From positions 256,001-320,000 of the forward strand of contig CAVPCQ010000006.1 in NCBI GenBank assembly GCA_963702425.1: a stretch of 64,000 bases of DNA, in the 5' to 3' direction. Positions within the stretch are counted from its first letter, which is position 1, and the number at the start of each line of letters is the position of its first letter. Both the position numbers and the translations under genes were made by a program. A model generated the notes under the pieces. It saw nothing but the letters and a program-made list of their open reading frames with translations. It was not told where the DNA came from and did not search any database. Below are positions 1-10,407 of this stretch, piece after piece. The DNA comes from an uncultured Acidobacteriota bacterium. GTDB taxonomy: Bacteria; Acidobacteriota; Polarisedimenticolia; J045.

Positions 1-158
1 ACGGCCTCGCCGTACGGGCGGCCGGCGCTGCGGTCGGACGCCGCGACCTCCGCCAACTGGAACCACGGGTGCGCCTCGAGCATCTGCACCAGCCGCTGGC
101 CGACGACGCCGGTCGCGCCGAGGACCGCCACGGGCAGACGTGCTATTTGATCGTTCAT
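1..158 (-). CDS. asd: Aspartate-semialdehyde dehydrogenase, 5' part (runs off window)
   Basis: Manual translation from ATG at 158: [49 protein letters not shown]. GATGxVG Rossmann motif and HPWF..AASxRSAG typical of ASADH. Confidence 0.8.
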   Translation of the reverse strand, partial: MNDQIARLPVAVLGATGVVGQRLVQMLEAHPWFQLAEVAASDRSAGRPYGEA

Positions 159-285
159 CTTTCGGCGCTCCGCCTACAATATGACATATTGTCGGGGCCG
201 CGCCGCCGGACCGGGCAACGATCGTTCGCGCAGCCCGGCCGGCCGTCCCGGCCGGCTCCCGAGGCGCGGATGATAGCATTTCGCC

Positions 286-975
286 GTGCTTCGCTGCCGC
301 GGCGTGATCTTCGACCTCGACGGAACGCTGGTGGACGCGTTCGCCGCCGTCGCGGACGCGTTGAACGCGGCGCGCGCCGCGTATGGCCTGCCCCCGCAGC
401 CGCTGGAGGAGGTCCGGCGCCAGGTGGGCTGGGGGCTCGTCGACCTGCTGACGAAGAACGTCGGGCCGGAGCGCGTCGGTGCAGCGACCCGGCTGTTCGA
501 GGAGCACTACGCGGCCCACCACCTCGAGCGCACACGGCTGCTCCCCGGCGCCCGGGCAGCCCTCGAGGACCTGGCGGGCCGGGGCGCCCGGCTGGGGGTC
601 GCATCGAACAAGCCGCCCGCGTTCACCCGCGAAGTGCTGGTGCGGCTCGGGCTCGCCCCGTTCCTCGGCGCGATTCTGGGGCCGGGCCCCGGGATCCCGC
701 CCAAGCCCGATCCTGCGATGCTTCGCGAGGGGTGCGCACGGCTCGGCACCGCGCCCGCGGAGACGCTCTACGTCGGCGACATGCCGCTCGACGCCGAGTC
801 GGCGGCCCGGGCCGGCATGCCCCTCCTGCTGGTGCCGACCGGGGCCGCTCCAGCCGCGGAGCTTGGCCGCGTTCCGGGTGCGCGTCTGGCGCGGAACCTG
901 CTGGACGTGGCGGCGCGGGTGGAGGTCGCGGCGCCGCCGGACGGCCCGCCGGAACCGCTCGTCGACCCCGCGTGA
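286..975 (+). CDS. HAD-family hydrolase (phosphoglycolate phosphatase-like)
   Basis: IFDLDGTLVD motif I, SNKP, KPDP, YVGDMPLD motif IV. Confidence 0.85.
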   Translation: MLRCRGVIFDLDGTLVDAFAAVADALNAARAAYGLPPQPLEEVRRQVGWGLVDLLTKNVGPERVGAATRLFEEHYAAHHLERTRLLPGARAALEDLAGRGARLGVASNKPPAFTREVLVRLGLAPFLGAILGPGPGIPPKPDPAMLREGCARLGTAPAETLYVGDMPLDAESAARAGMPLLLVPTGAAPAAELGRVPGARLARNLLDVAARVEVAAPPDGPPEPLVDPA

Positions 976-984
976 AGTTCCGTC

Positions 985-1013
985 TTGACGGCGCCTGCCG
1001 AACGGAGTAACAG
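985..1013 (+). promoter_or_regulatory. Possible sigma70-type promoter
   Basis: TTGACG-N17-TAACAG upstream of GGGAGG RBS and ATG 1044. Confidence 0.35.
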
Positions 1014-1043
1014 AGAGGTCGAATCACGCACAGGGAGGTCGCG

Positions 1044-1496
1044 ATGACGATTCGACGCTTCGTACTCTGGTCGCTCCTCGGTGCCCTTCTGATCAGCGCC
1101 GGGGCGGCGCTGGCCGCCGGTCCGCTGCCCCCGAGCAAGCCGCCTGTCCGCGGGCTCGATCCCCTCTGGTGGTACACGCCCGTGAAAGGCGACGCCTTCC
1201 TCGACGTGATCGCTTCACCCCGGCGCGGGCCACCCGACACGAGCCAGCCCCCGTGGCAGGTCGTTCCGATCGATCCGGGCGGTTCGAACCCCAGGCGGGC
1301 CAGCGGTACCAACCGAGGCCCCGCGGCGGGGAAACCCTCGGTCTCCGCGTCGCTCGCCTCGCCGGGGAGCAGCTTGAGCGGGAACGTCGGCGCCTCACAG
1401 AGCCTGGCGAGTGGAGCGACGTCCGCTCCGGTCCGGCCCGACGCCCGGGACGTGCGCCGGGAACTGGAAACGGCGCGCCGCGCGCTGGGCCTCTGA
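1044..1496 (+). CDS. Small secreted hypothetical protein
   Basis: GGAGG RBS, signal peptide (…AGAALA), Pro/Ser-rich body. Confidence 0.55.
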   Translation: MTIRRFVLWSLLGALLISAGAALAAGPLPPSKPPVRGLDPLWWYTPVKGDAFLDVIASPRRGPPDTSQPPWQVVPIDPGGSNPRRASGTNRGPAAGKPSVSASLASPGSSLSGNVGASQSLASGATSAPVRPDARDVRRELETARRALGL

Positions 1497-1502
1497 CCCG
1501 CT

Positions 1503-3947
1503 TCAACGGCCTTTCAACGACCCCGTCACCAACTCCGACTCCGCGGTCCAGGCCGCGGGGTCGGTTTCGTTTCCGGGAGTCAACAGGACCAGGAACGCTC
1601 CCCCTTCCGTCACGAGCGTCGCAGCGCGGCGCGGCGGCCTCCCTTCCTCCCGCTCGGGGGGGAACTCCGCGCGTTTCAATGTCCGGCCCGGCGAGGAGCG
1701 CAGCGGCCGCCAGGGGACCGTGGGCGCACCCCACTCCCGTTCCAGCTCGCGGCACCGGGATTCGACCTCCGCCGGTGACCCGAGCCGCAAGACCACGATC
1801 AGCGACCCGCGATCGTTTCTCAGCGTGACCGGGAAGCCGTCCGCGCTCGTTCCGTTCAGCGTCGCCCGGTACCCGCGCGGCACCAGGAACCGGATCCCCT
1901 CGCCGACGAGCGTCCCCTCGCGGGGGTCCGCTGGCGAGTGCGACGCGGAGTGGCGATCGAAGCGGACCCGATAGCGGCGCGCCAGGTCGTAAGGGGGGGG
2001 CGGTGCCTCCGATTCCCCGGCCCGCGCGGTGATGGCGATCCAGAGCGGGGCGAGGCTCTTCTCCCCGGCAGCGATCGGCAGCCCGATCTCCAGTTCGCGC
2101 GCGCCGATCCGGACGCGGTGCACGAACCAGGTCCCGGGGAACGCGGCCCCGGCGAATCGCGCCGTAGTCGCCTCACCGGGGAGCCCGGCGGCCCGGCGGG
2201 CCGGCGTGAGATCGGCGCTCGCCAGCCGGCGCGCCTGCGGATCGGTCCGGGGGGGAGCGATTTCGGACCCCCCCGCCAGCGGGGAGACCGCCGCGATGGT
2301 TCGCAGGTCGACCCACCCGGCCCAGCCGACGCCGCCGATCCGGACCGTCGTGCCGACCTGGTCTTCGAACGAACCGCGGAGCCAGAGGACCGTCTCGGGC
2401 CCGGCGGAGTCGTCGCGGAATCCGCGGTCGACACGGGCCGCGACCACCCCGGGAGGAAGCTCGATCACCAGTCCCTCGCCGGCCCCGATTCGGCGCCACG
2501 GCTCCTCGCGCTCGCGGTGAGTCCGCTCGGCGAGGAACGCGGCCGGAATCGGCCAATCGCAGGGGGCCGCAAGCCGGTCTCCCGGCGGGTTCGCGGCCGG
2601 CTCGAGCGCGGCGACCTGCTCGGCCAGTTCCCGAGCGGCCTCGTCGCCGCAGGCACCACCGCAACCGGCGTTTCCGGCCAGACCCGCGACCCAGATCTCG
2701 CGGGCGCCACTCGTACCGGTGGCCGCGAGGCGGTGTACGGTGACTGTTGCCCTCCCCTCGGCGCCGATCGAGGCACTCCAGCTCGTCCGCTCGCAGCGCG
2801 TTCCGGCCCGCGCGGTGAGGCACGGCCCGGGGGTCTGCTCCCGTTGCGGCTCCCGTCCCGCCAGCAGGACCTCGCGCACGAATCGCTCGCTCGCCGCCGC
2901 GTCGTCGGTCCAGCTGCGGCCCGGATCGCACACCGCAAGCTGGGTGTCCCCGGGAAAGCGCCGGAGGAGCGCCGCTGGGGGAGAGCCGCTGAGTCCCGCC
3001 GGCGGTTCGACGGCGCTCCAGCCGGGGAGCAGGGGGGCGCGACCCCAGGCCCCCTCGATCGCAGCGGCGGGCGCGATTGCGAGCAGCTCCGCCAAGCGGG
3101 TGGTGATCGCCTCCGGGCTCTCGCCCGGTTCCGCCGCCAGGGCGGCCAGTGCCAGATCGTCCAGCCCCTCCCGCGCAGCGTCGTCTGTCCAGCCCTTCCC
3201 CGCCGCGAGCCGGGACGCGATCCGGCGCGCCGCGGGCTCCTGCTCCGCGATCCGCGCGGCGAGGCGTTCCGCCTGCGCCTGGCCTTCCGTGTCCGGAGCC
3301 CCGGCGAGCAGCGCCAGCGCCGCGCGCCAGAGCCCGGCCTGCTCGAGGTCACGGACGAGCTTCATCCGGCGAATCGCCGGCTCGCCGCCGAGCGCGAGGG
3401 CCTGTTCCTCGTCGAAGGCCGCGAGCAGCAGGTCGCCCCGCGCGCGCCGCGCGGCGGCCGCCTCGGCCCAGGCGCGGTAGTCCGTAGACCTTGCCGCCAC
3501 CGCGGCTTCGGCGCGCCCCACCGCCCCGGCGTCTTGTCCGGCGGGCGGCTCGCAGGTCAGCGCGGCCGCACGGATCGCCGCCTCCTCCGCCGCGACCGCC
3601 TCTTCCGCGGAGCCCGCCGTGCGCACCGCGACGAGCGCCGCGAAGCGAGCGCCGTCGGGGTCGCAGACCTCGATCCGCGCGGCGGCAAGCGCCGTCCACG
3701 CCGCTCCGGCAAGCGGATCGGCAGCGACGGCGCGCTCGAGCAGCGGCTCCGCCTCCGTGGGGCGTCCCGCGCGCAGCACGGAGGCACCGCGGTCGTACAG
3801 CTCGATCGATAGGAGGCGGCCGGGGTGCGGCGTGGCGAGCCGAGAGACACCCGCCGTCGTCTCACCCCCGGCAGCCCGCGCGAGTTCCGCGGCCACGGCA
3901 ATCGCGCACGCGGCCACTCCGCGCCACCGCTGCCACCGGGGGCTCAT
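1503..3947 (-). CDS. Large secreted TPR-containing hypothetical protein
   Basis: Signal-like N-terminus, TPR-like helices (AEPLLERAVAADPLAGAAWTALA), co-oriented with upstream cysQ-like gene. Confidence 0.6.
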   Translation of the reverse strand: MSPRWQRWRGVAACAIAVAAELARAAGGETTAGVSRLATPHPGRLLSIELYDRGASVLRAGRPTEAEPLLERAVAADPLAGAAWTALAAARIEVCDPDGARFAALVAVRTAGSAEEAVAAEEAAIRAAALTCEPPAGQDAGAVGRAEAAVAARSTDYRAWAEAAAARRARGDLLLAAFDEEQALALGGEPAIRRMKLVRDLEQAGLWRAALALLAGAPDTEGQAQAERLAARIAEQEPAARRIASRLAAGKGWTDDAAREGLDDLALAALAAEPGESPEAITTRLAELLAIAPAAAIEGAWGRAPLLPGWSAVEPPAGLSGSPPAALLRRFPGDTQLAVCDPGRSWTDDAAASERFVREVLLAGREPQREQTPGPCLTARAGTRCERTSWSASIGAEGRATVTVHRLAATGTSGAREIWVAGLAGNAGCGGACGDEAARELAEQVAALEPAANPPGDRLAAPCDWPIPAAFLAERTHREREEPWRRIGAGEGLVIELPPGVVAARVDRGFRDDSAGPETVLWLRGSFEDQVGTTVRIGGVGWAGWVDLRTIAAVSPLAGGSEIAPPRTDPQARRLASADLTPARRAAGLPGEATTARFAGAAFPGTWFVHRVRIGARELEIGLPIAAGEKSLAPLWIAITARAGESEAPPPPYDLARRYRVRFDRHSASHSPADPREGTLVGEGIRFLVPRGYRATLNGTSADGFPVTLRNDRGSLIVVLRLGSPAEVESRCRELEREWGAPTVPWRPLRSSPGRTLKRAEFPPEREEGRPPRRAATLVTEGGAFLVLLTPGNETDPAAWTAESELVTGSLKGR

Positions 3948-3953
3948 GGAACG

Positions 3954-4787
3954 CTATCCGGAGGCTGCCGGCGCGTCGGGAACGACGGCGCCGACCGCCT
4001 CGATCGCCTCCGCCAACAGGGCACGGCGGGTGGCCAGCAACCCGCTGCGGTTGGTGGTGGCCTCGGTGTTGTAAGGCACGGGCCGTCCCCACACGTCGGT
4101 GAAGATGCCGCCCGCGAGGCGCATCAGCGCGTCCGGAGCGCAGGCGTCCCAGTGCCGCGAGCGCCGACCGAGCGAGAGATAGAGATCCGCTTCACCGGTC
4201 AGGACCAGCATCGCCTTGCGACCGACCGACCCCGAAGCGACGATCCGCGATGCTCCCAGGCGGCGCGCCACCGCGCGAGCGCGCGATCCGGCATGACTGC
4301 GGCTCAGGGTGACGACCGGTCCCTGCCCGTCCGCGATCCCCTCCGGCAGCGGGGCCAGGGGGCGCCAACCCTGCGGGTCGAGCAACTCGACCCCGTGTCC
4401 TTCCGCGCCGAAGACCGTGCGCCGCTCCGGCGGCAGGTGGATCACCCCCAGGACCGGTCGGCCCTCGACCGCGAGCCCGATCATGACCGCGAACTCTGGG
4501 ACGGCGTCCACGAACTGGCGCGTGCCGTCGAGCGGGTCGACGAGCCACAGCCGCTGCGCCCCGAGACGGCCCAGGTCGTCCGGCGTCTCCTCGCTCAGGA
4601 TCGCGTCCTCGGGAAACGCTTCGGCGAGGCCGTCTCGGATCAGCCGGTCGGCAAGTCGATCGCTCTCGGTGACGGGACCCTCGTCACCGGGCTTGAACTC
4701 GACCGCGAAGGCGGTGCCGAACGCGCGCAGAATCTCGTCGCCGGCGCGACGCGCCAGCTCGACCGCTACCTCCAACTCGCGCCGCAC
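3954..4787 (-). CDS. 3'(2'),5'-bisphosphate nucleotidase CysQ / inositol monophosphatase family
   Basis: LSEE, WLVDPLDGT, WDACAP motifs. Confidence 0.85.
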   Translation of the reverse strand: MRRELEVAVELARRAGDEILRAFGTAFAVEFKPGDEGPVTESDRLADRLIRDGLAEAFPEDAILSEETPDDLGRLGAQRLWLVDPLDGTRQFVDAVPEFAVMIGLAVEGRPVLGVIHLPPERRTVFGAEGHGVELLDPQGWRPLAPLPEGIADGQGPVVTLSRSHAGSRARAVARRLGASRIVASGSVGRKAMLVLTGEADLYLSLGRRSRHWDACAPDALMRLAGGIFTDVWGRPVPYNTEATTNRSGLLATRRALLAEAIEAVGAVVPDAPAASG

Positions 4788-4806
4788 GCCACGATTGTAG
4801 CGCGCG

Positions 4807-5577
4807 TCAGGAGGGATTCCCCGGCCGCGCCGCGGCGCCCGGTTCCTTCACGGTCGCGACGATTCGCAGGACCGAGCCGGCCGTCGCGGCCGGATCGCTG
4901 GTCGAGATGGTGATATCCGCCTTGAACGTCCCGACGGGCGCTCCCGGCACGAGCTCGACCGTGACCCAGTAGTCGCCGGGGCGTTCCACCAGCGCCCCCC
5001 GGACTTCGCCGGTCGCCGCAGCCGTAGCCCGGGAGGGCTCGAGCTTCGCTTTCAGGTTCGGGTTGGAGGAACTGACGCCCAGCACCTTGAGACCCTCCAG
5101 GTGCGGACGGAGGAGCACCGTCTCGGTCCGCGCCTCCCCCCGGAGGGTGTACATGTAGACCTGCGCGCGCGGCAGGAACTCGAGCGCGGTCACGACGTTG
5201 AGCTTCATCTGCAGCACCGTGCGCTCGGCGTTCGGAGCGTCGGTCATCACGGTGATCGTCTTCGAGTGCTTGCCCGACGCGAGGGTCTTGGTCTCGATCT
5301 TGAACTGGATCATCCCGGAGCCGCCGGGCGGGATCGGCGTCTTCGTGAAGTCGAGGATCGTGCAACCGCACGTGGGATGAACCTCGATGATGGTGAGCGG
5401 CTCGTCGCCGTCGTTCTTCACCTGGAACACGTGCTCGATGACGCCGCCGTGCTCGATGTCGCCGGCCTCGAACGCCCGCTCGGGGAAGGATGCCTTCTTC
5501 TCGGCCCATGCCGGTGCGAAGGCCACCGTCGCCAGCACGAAACCCGTCAGCAGGACCGTCGACAAGCTGCGCCGCAT
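4807..5577 (-). CDS. Secreted DUF1573-like Ig-fold protein
   Basis: Signal peptide from MRRSLS; FQVKNDGDEPLTIIEVHPTCGCT…PIPPGGSG motif. Confidence 0.75.
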   Translation of the reverse strand: MRRSLSTVLLTGFVLATVAFAPAWAEKKASFPERAFEAGDIEHGGVIEHVFQVKNDGDEPLTIIEVHPTCGCTILDFTKTPIPPGGSGMIQFKIETKTLASGKHSKTITVMTDAPNAERTVLQMKLNVVTALEFLPRAQVYMYTLRGEARTETVLLRPHLEGLKVLGVSSSNPNLKAKLEPSRATAAATGEVRGALVERPGDYWVTVELVPGAPVGTFKADITISTSDPAATAGSVLRIVATVKEPGAAARPGNPS

Positions 5578-5765
5578 CGATTCGCTCCTCGTGGCGCGGG
5601 CCCGGCCCGCGCGGACTTGAAGATACCGGGAGCCGCCCCGCCGCGCCCGCGCGAGGTCGCCAGGCCCGCCCCCGCTCCCTCGACAGACGGCCATCCAGCT
5701 CCGGGTCAACAGGTTACGGGGACTCCCCCCCCAATGCCCGGGAGCTTGCCGGCAGGGCGGGTCGA

Positions 5766-6974
5766 TCACGGCGCCGGTCGGGGCGAACCCTTCCGTCCCA
5801 GCGCCTCCCCGAACGGCTCCACCAGGACCTCCGCCTGCCAGCGCCGCAGGCCGACCGCGACCAGTCCGGCGGGGTCAGCCGGGGGGGCGTGCGCCACCGC
5901 GCGGAGCGCGGCGCTGGTGCAGAGCTGGCTCGGCGGCAGGCCGAGTTCCAGGGCTACGCGATCGCGCGCCTGGCGCAGCGCCTCGAGCCGGCGCCGCTCG
6001 TCGCGTGGTGGCTTCGGCTCCCGCTCCGGCCGCTCGGCCGGGCGCGCCGGCGCCGCGCGCCCGCGTCCGACCGCCTCCAGGAGCGCGTGTTCGTAGCGGC
6101 GAGCGACGCGCTCTGGCACGCCGACCGCGGCCAGGTCCGGCGGCGCGTCCTCGGGCTGCCGTGCGAGCGCCAGGAGCGGTTCCGGCGCGATCACGTGGAT
6201 CGCCGGCACCCCGCGCGATGCGGCCTCCCGCTCGCGCCACAGCAGCAGTTCGGCGAGGACCGCCCGGGCCCGCGGCGAGAGCGCCTGCGCCCCTTTGGCG
6301 CGCAGCAGCAACCGGTCGGCGTCGAGCGGTGCCGGGTCGCCCGGTTCGACCTCTTCCAGCCGGCGGCACTCCTCGTCGAGCCACGCGCTCCGTCCGAGGG
6401 CCGCCAGCCGCGCCCCGAGCGCATCGCGCATCGCGAACAGGACCCGCACGTCCTCTCGCGCGTATTCCAGCGCCGTGCCGGACAGCGGGCGGCGCGCCCA
6501 GTCGGTGCGCTGCGCGCGCTTGTCGAGCGTCGCGCCCGCGAGCGCTCCGGCCAGCGCGGCGAGGCCGGTCTGCTGCTCGCCCACGAGCTGCGCGGCGCGC
6601 TGCGTGTCCCACAGCCCGTGGGGCGCGATCCCGGCGTCGCGCTTGAGCAGCCGGACGTCGTAGTCGGCCCCGTGAACGATCGTCTCGAGCGCTGGATCCC
6701 CGAGCGGTCCGGCCAGCGGTTCGAGTCGACCGGCGAGCGCGAGCGGATCGACGAGCGCGCCAGCGAGACCGGCCGGTTCCTCCCAGGCCAGCTGGATCAG
6801 GCAGAGCCGGGGCCGGTAGGCATTGAACCCGTCAGCCTCGGTGTCGAGCGCGAGCCGGGGCGCAGCGTGCAACCGCCGGACGAGGGCCTCGAGCGCAGCC
6901 GGCTCGGCGACCCAGTCCGCGGCCGGTCGCTCCCCTCCCCCTCCACGCTCGCTTGCCCCTTCGGCGCCGGTCAC
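5766..6974 (-). CDS. rnd: Ribonuclease D (DEDDy exonuclease + HRDC)
   Basis: ALDTEAD, LCLIQL, HGADYD, WDTQ, DWARRPLS, YAREDV; C-terminal HRDC (WREREA). Confidence 0.85.
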   Translation of the reverse strand: MTGAEGASERGGGGERPAADWVAEPAALEALVRRLHAAPRLALDTEADGFNAYRPRLCLIQLAWEEPAGLAGALVDPLALAGRLEPLAGPLGDPALETIVHGADYDVRLLKRDAGIAPHGLWDTQRAAQLVGEQQTGLAALAGALAGATLDKRAQRTDWARRPLSGTALEYAREDVRVLFAMRDALGARLAALGRSAWLDEECRRLEEVEPGDPAPLDADRLLLRAKGAQALSPRARAVLAELLLWREREAASRGVPAIHVIAPEPLLALARQPEDAPPDLAAVGVPERVARRYEHALLEAVGRGRAAPARPAERPEREPKPPRDERRRLEALRQARDRVALELGLPPSQLCTSAALRAVAHAPPADPAGLVAVGLRRWQAEVLVEPFGEALGRKGSPRPAP

Positions 6975-7003
6975 CTAGTGTCTCCTCCTCCCGAAGGAAC
7001 GAC

Positions 7004-7747
7004 ATGAACCAGAAGAACAAGGGGCCCGTCAAGGCCTACCGGAACTCGGAATTCCTCAACAGCCGCGACGCGCGGGTGATCCGCCTGCTGGCCGAGTACC
7101 TCGAGCCCGCCTACCGCTTCGAGCGCTACAACGTCGAGGACACCATCGTTTTCTTCGGCTCCGCGCGCGCCAAGCCAGAGGACGAGCCCAACCCGCGCCT
7201 CGCTCGCTACTACCGGGAGGCCGAGGAACTCGCCTTCCGGATGACCGAGTGGTCGAAGGCGCTCGGCCACCCGCGGCGGCGCTTCATCATCGCCTCCGGC
7301 GGCGGGCCCGGGATCATGGAGGCCGCGAACCGCGGCGCCTCCCGGGCGCGAGGGCTGTCGATCGGCCTGGGGATCAGCCTGCCCCAGGAGCAGGGGATCA
7401 ACGAGTTCGTCTCACACGAGCTGGCGTTCGAGTTCCACTACTTCTTCCTGCGCAAGTTCTGGTTCGTCTACCTGGCCAAAGCCCTGATCGTCTTCCCCGG
7501 CGGCTTCGGCACGTTGGACGAGCTGTTCGAGATCCTGACCCTGGTCCAGACCGGCAAGACCTCCACCCCGCGGCCGATCGTCCTCTACGGTCGCGCGTTC
7601 TGGGACGCGGCCGTGAACTGGGACCTGCTGGTGGAATGGGGCGTGATCGACCGTCCCGATCTCGACCTGTTCCGAATCGTGGACAGCGTGGACGAGGCCT
7701 TCGCCTATCTGACCGAGGAGCTGGCCCGCCGCTACGACCTGGGGTGA
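7004..7747 (+). CDS. LOG-family (TIGR00730-like) nucleotide phosphoribohydrolase
   Basis: FFGSAR, GGGPGIMEAANRGA, FHYFFLRK, PGGFGTLDE. Confidence 0.9.
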   Translation: MNQKNKGPVKAYRNSEFLNSRDARVIRLLAEYLEPAYRFERYNVEDTIVFFGSARAKPEDEPNPRLARYYREAEELAFRMTEWSKALGHPRRRFIIASGGGPGIMEAANRGASRARGLSIGLGISLPQEQGINEFVSHELAFEFHYFFLRKFWFVYLAKALIVFPGGFGTLDELFEILTLVQTGKTSTPRPIVLYGRAFWDAAVNWDLLVEWGVIDRPDLDLFRIVDSVDEAFAYLTEELARRYDLG

Positions 7748-7856
7748 GCCGAGGGGCGGCCGGAAGCGCGCGCTTGCCGGGCCCCCGCCCGATGCGGGAC
7801 AATCCGCCGTCGGCGCGCCGGCCACCCCGCCGTGCGACGCGTGGAAAGGGTCCTTC

Positions 7857-8435
7857 ATGAGGCATCGGGTGCTGTTCGCGTGTTTCGTGCTGATCGCCGG
7901 GGTGCTGCTCACGCTCTCCCCGGCCGTGGCGCAGGACAAGAAGTTCGAGGTCGGTGCCGGGATCCAGTACGACCTGTTCAACTCGCAGATCAACGCGGAT
8001 CCCGCTCCCGGCTGGCACGCGCGATTCGACTGGTACTTCAAGCCCCGCTGGGCGGTCGGCGTCTACTACGAGTCGGTCTCGGGCTCGGACAATCTGCTGG
8101 AGAACGGCGGCTACGACCTCACTCTCGATTTCTACGGGGTGCGCGGCACCTGGCTCCTCGGTGACACCGCAGAGTTCCAGATGCTGCTCCTTGCCGGCGC
8201 CGGGACCGGGGACATGAAGTACGACAACCCGGAGATCAACTCCGACGTGCCGGACTCGGCGGGCATCAACTATTGGTACGACTTCGGTCTCGGCGTCCAG
8301 TTCGCCGCCGGCCAGCGCTGGCGTTTCCGGATCGACGTGGCGTTCCGGCGCTTCTCACCGGACGTCGCGAACCAACTTTCGTCGAATGGGGCCGCGATGC
8401 TCGTTCCCGCCGTCGAGGCCGCGTTCCGCTTCTGA
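7857..8435 (+). CDS. Outer-membrane beta-barrel protein (8-stranded OmpA-like)
   Basis: Signal peptide, alternating aromatic beta strands, C-terminal FRF. Confidence 0.7.
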   Translation: MRHRVLFACFVLIAGVLLTLSPAVAQDKKFEVGAGIQYDLFNSQINADPAPGWHARFDWYFKPRWAVGVYYESVSGSDNLLENGGYDLTLDFYGVRGTWLLGDTAEFQMLLLAGAGTGDMKYDNPEINSDVPDSAGINYWYDFGLGVQFAAGQRWRFRIDVAFRRFSPDVANQLSSNGAAMLVPAVEAAFRF

Positions 8436-8484
8436 GCGGAGGCGCGACCGACGGATCAGCGGGACCGGACAGCGACGCCGACCG

Positions 8485-9633
8485 ATGAGCGATCCCGCAG
8501 CCGACCGGTTCGCCCCGCCGCCCGCCCCGCCCGGCGCCCGGCTCTTCGAGGAGCCCGCGCCGTTCCGCACCACGTTCGGGGCGGAACTGCCGGGCTACGC
8601 GCTCGCCTACGAGACCTGGGGCGCGCGCTCTCCGGAGCGCGACAACGCGATCCTGCTCTGCACCGGCCTCTCCGCCTCCTCGCATGCCCACAGCAGCGTT
8701 GCCGACCCGGCGCCCGGCTGGTGGGAGCGGATGATCGGCGAGGGCGCCGCGCTGGATACGCGCCGCTACTTCGTCATCTGCACGAACGTGCTCGGCGGCT
8801 GCTTCGGCTCGACCGGACCGGCTTCCCCCTCCCCGGCGGATGGACGGCCCTACGGGCTGCGCTTCCCGCTGGTGACGATCTCCGACTTCGTCCGCGCGCA
8901 GGTCCGACTGCTGGACCACCTCGGGATCGACCGGCTGCACGCGGTCGTCGGGTCGTCGATGGGCGGGATGCAGGCCCTGGCGCTCGGTGCGCTCTTCCCG
9001 GCCCGCACGGCGCGGGTGGTCGGGATCTCGGCCCCCGGCCGGTCCTACCCGCTGTCGATCGCGCTGCGTTTCGTGCAGCGCCAGGCAGTGATGCGCGACC
9101 CGGCCTGGAACGGCGGCTTGTATGAACCCGGGGCCGGGCCGGTGGACGGGCTCCGCCTCGCCCGGGAAATCGGGACGATCAGCTATCGCTCGGGGCCCGA
9201 GTGGGACCAGCGTTTCGGACGCGAGAAGGTGCGGGAGGTGCCGAGCGATATCGGCCCGGACTTCCAGGTCGAGGCCTACCTGGTGCGCCAGGGCGAGCGC
9301 CTGGTCGAGAGCGGCTTCGATCCCAACTCGTTCCTCTACCTGTCGAAGGCGATGGACCTGTTCGATCTCGGCGAGGGGGCGCCGTCCTACGAGGAAGGGA
9401 TCGCCCGGATCCACGCCCGCACGCTCGTCGTCGGCGTCACGACCGACCTGCTGTTCCCGATTCAGCAGCAGGAGGAGCTGGCGCGGATCCTGCGCGAATG
9501 CGGCCGCGAGGCGCGCTTCGTGCGACTCGACACGGTCTACGGCCACGACGCCTTCCTGATCGACATCGAGCGCTTCGCGGCGATCCTGCGGCCGTTTCTC
9601 GACGAGCCGGCGCCGCGGCGCGGAGGGCGGTAG
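8485..9633 (+). CDS. MetX-family O-acyltransferase, Cys2/serine O-succinyltransferase-like
   Basis: YETWG, TGLSASSHA, NVLGGCFGSTGP, GSSMGGM nucleophile, GHDAFL. Confidence 0.85.
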   Translation: MSDPAADRFAPPPAPPGARLFEEPAPFRTTFGAELPGYALAYETWGARSPERDNAILLCTGLSASSHAHSSVADPAPGWWERMIGEGAALDTRRYFVICTNVLGGCFGSTGPASPSPADGRPYGLRFPLVTISDFVRAQVRLLDHLGIDRLHAVVGSSMGGMQALALGALFPARTARVVGISAPGRSYPLSIALRFVQRQAVMRDPAWNGGLYEPGAGPVDGLRLAREIGTISYRSGPEWDQRFGREKVREVPSDIGPDFQVEAYLVRQGERLVESGFDPNSFLYLSKAMDLFDLGEGAPSYEEGIARIHARTLVVGVTTDLLFPIQQQEELARILRECGREARFVRLDTVYGHDAFLIDIERFAAILRPFLDEPAPRRGGR

Positions 9634-9639
9634 CGCGAA

Positions 9640-10407
9640 TCAGGTGCGCCCGGCCGCCCCGTCGAGCGCCCGAGGAAACACGCTCCGGCCGGCCAGTCCC
9701 CACTTCGCGGCCCGAAACTGCAGGGACGTCCGGACCACCCCCAGCCCGTAGCGGACCGACCCCGTGAAGTTCACCGACGAGGCCTCCGCGAAGTAGCGCG
9801 TCGGGCAGGAGATCTCGCCGATCCGGAAGCCGGCGAAGATCGTCTGGGCGAGCATCTGGTTGTCGAAGACGAAGCCGTTGGCATTGGTCTCGAGTGGCAG
9901 CGTCTCGAGCACGCGGCGCGAGAAGGCCCGGTAGCCGGTGTGGTACTCGGACAGCTTGTGCCCGACCAGCAGGTTCTGAAAGGCCGTCAGCGAGCGGTTC
10001 GAGACGTACTTCCAGAGCGGCATCCCGCCCGCAAGCGCCCCGACCCCGAGGATCCGCGAGCCGAGCACGACGTCGAATTCGCCGCTCGCGATCATCCCGG
10101 CCATCGCCGGAACGAGCTTCGGCGAGTACTGGTAATCAGGATGGAGCATGATCACGATCTCGGCCCCGAGAGCCAGCGCCTCGCGGTAGCAGGTCTTCTG
10201 GTTCCCGCCGTAGCCGAGGTTCTCGCGGTGGGCGAAGCTCCGCAGGCCGAGCCGCCGCGCGACCTCGAGCGTCTCGTCGCGGCTCTTGTCGTCGACCAGC
10301 AGGACCTCGTCGACGACACCGGGCGGGACCTCGGCGACGGTCCGCTCGAGCGTCTTCGCGGCGTTGTACGCCGGCAGCACGACGACGATCTTCTTCCCGA
10401 CGAGCAT
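9640..10407 (-). CDS. Glycosyltransferase family 2 (polyprenyl-phosphate glycosyltransferase-like)
   Basis: VVLPAYNA, VDDKSRD, NLGYGG, HPDYQY, GSR, TGYRAF. Confidence 0.85.
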   Translation of the reverse strand: MLVGKKIVVVLPAYNAAKTLERTVAEVPPGVVDEVLLVDDKSRDETLEVARRLGLRSFAHRENLGYGGNQKTCYREALALGAEIVIMLHPDYQYSPKLVPAMAGMIASGEFDVVLGSRILGVGALAGGMPLWKYVSNRSLTAFQNLLVGHKLSEYHTGYRAFSRRVLETLPLETNANGFVFDNQMLAQTIFAGFRIGEISCPTRYFAEASSVNFTGSVRYGLGVVRTSLQFRAAKWGLAGRSVFPRALDGAAGRT

